The notes beneath the pieces were generated by a model. That model had not been told where the DNA came from. It made no database searches and worked only from the letters and a program-made list of their open reading frames with translations. This document shows positions 62,718 to 64,000 of a DNA stretch of 64,000 bases, one piece after another (within the stretch, counting starts at the first letter, position 1; every line of letters begins with the position of its first letter). Location: NCBI RefSeq assembly GCF_006345805.1, contig NC_043001.1, forward strand, positions 31,434,001-31,498,000, given 5' to 3'. A program made the position numbers and the translations under genes. Source of the DNA: Octopus sinensis (taxonomy: Eukaryota).

Positions 62718-64000
62718 ACTACTGTATCTATTAGTGATTAAAAAAAAATATTGTGGTTTACAAATTAATTTATGTAATATCATTAGTTCTTGATGGCAAG
62801 CTTTGTTTCATAAATACTATCAGAGGTAGATCAAGTTTTTAATTCCAATTCTAATATCATTTTCAAGTTAACAAATTAAGAAAGGAAAGAAAGAAAAAAA
62901 AAACACCTTTTCAGAGTTAAAAAGAATCCCTTCCAAAATACAAAGAGTAAAATTTGATGAAAATGTGATGTTATGTTGTTATTTCAGTCAGATTAAAAAA
63001 AAAAAAACAACATTAGATAATTCAAAATGCTTCAGTAATAAGTATGAGGGTTGATTCATTCTACTAAAGATTCTTTAAGGCAATGCCCCTGTATGGTTGC
63101 AGTCTAATGACTGAAACAAGTAAAAAAACAAAGATTACTCATCTTACATTATAGGGATAATAATTTAGATAAAATAAAAGATCTAATGTAAATTTTGTAA
63201 ATTATTCTCTGACATGTACAGAGGCACACACAACTTTGATAACCTTTCCAATTAGAGATTCTTTGCTTTTTATGGCTTCATGTAATCACTTAAATGTGGA
63301 TTTATTATTTTGTGGTTAGCTAGATTAAGGAGACAAATAATGCAACAAGGAAAGTCATTACATATGCTAAGGGCATATCTACTGAAAACAATTCCACTTT
63401 TACAATTCTCAATTGTATCCGATTTGATTTCCTTTTCCAAAACACAAGAATTTCTAGAAAAATAAAAGCAACAGTAGAAGCTATCCATCCACCAACCCAA
63501 AATAAAAACAACACACAAGATAGTTTCTTGTGTTATACTTTTTTTAATTGCAATAAATCTCTCTTTTAGCTAGCAGTAACCACCATCTCACATATGGCTG
63601 GTTATGTTTCTCTAAACGATGGTTACAATTTTTCTTCAAGCTGTATGAACATTAGCATTAAATTATGAATACAATATATCTCATATATTTAAAACTGAAT
63701 TGTGATATAAGAAATATAATAAAATGTTGATTATAAAGTCAAATCAGAAACAGCTTTAAAAATATCTTGGTAAGGGAACCTTTAGTATAGATTTTAAACA
63801 ACAATATTTAGTGCCCTACAATTATAATTATATATACACATACACACATATATTTCTATCATAACTACGATAATTTTGCAGCGTTAACAAAAAGCATATT
63901 ACTCTACCTTTGGTATTCGAGTACTATCTTTTTCATCTTGTTTTGCACTTATGTGCTTACCTGTGTGTACATGTGTGTGTGTATACATACATATATATAT

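Overview
AT-rich, repeat-dense eukaryotic DNA. The SINE/LINE/MITE families and microsatellite style point to a mollusc, most likely an octopus (inferred, not verified). The main gene is a complete minus-strand, 9-coding-exon C2H2 zinc-finger gene that I identify as HINFP (histone H4 transcription factor/MIZF). Its CDS runs 23511->1382, is 1434 nt (477 aa), and all splice junctions are GT-AG and phase-consistent. A CpG-rich putative promoter with E2F and Staf/ZNF143-like motifs lies at ~28.1-29.6 kb. The right end probably holds the last exons and a long 3' UTR of a second, unidentified minus-strand gene. The rest is mobile DNA: CR1-clade and RTE LINE fragments, several tRNA-derived SINE families, piggyBac-type MITEs, a non-autonomous Helitron, hAT and Tc1/mariner remnants, and mini/microsatellites. 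The most interesting observations are: (1) a palindromic tRNA-headed element carrying Penelope-type minimal hammerhead ribozyme motifs; (2) a SINE 3' tail shared with a CR1 LINE, with a compensated hairpin; (3) a young GC-rich RTE insertion with a 12-bp TSD; (4) a 115-bp satellite made from a deleted Tc1/mariner transposase. Repeat boundaries were placed by eye and are approximate; exon boundaries were checked base by base.
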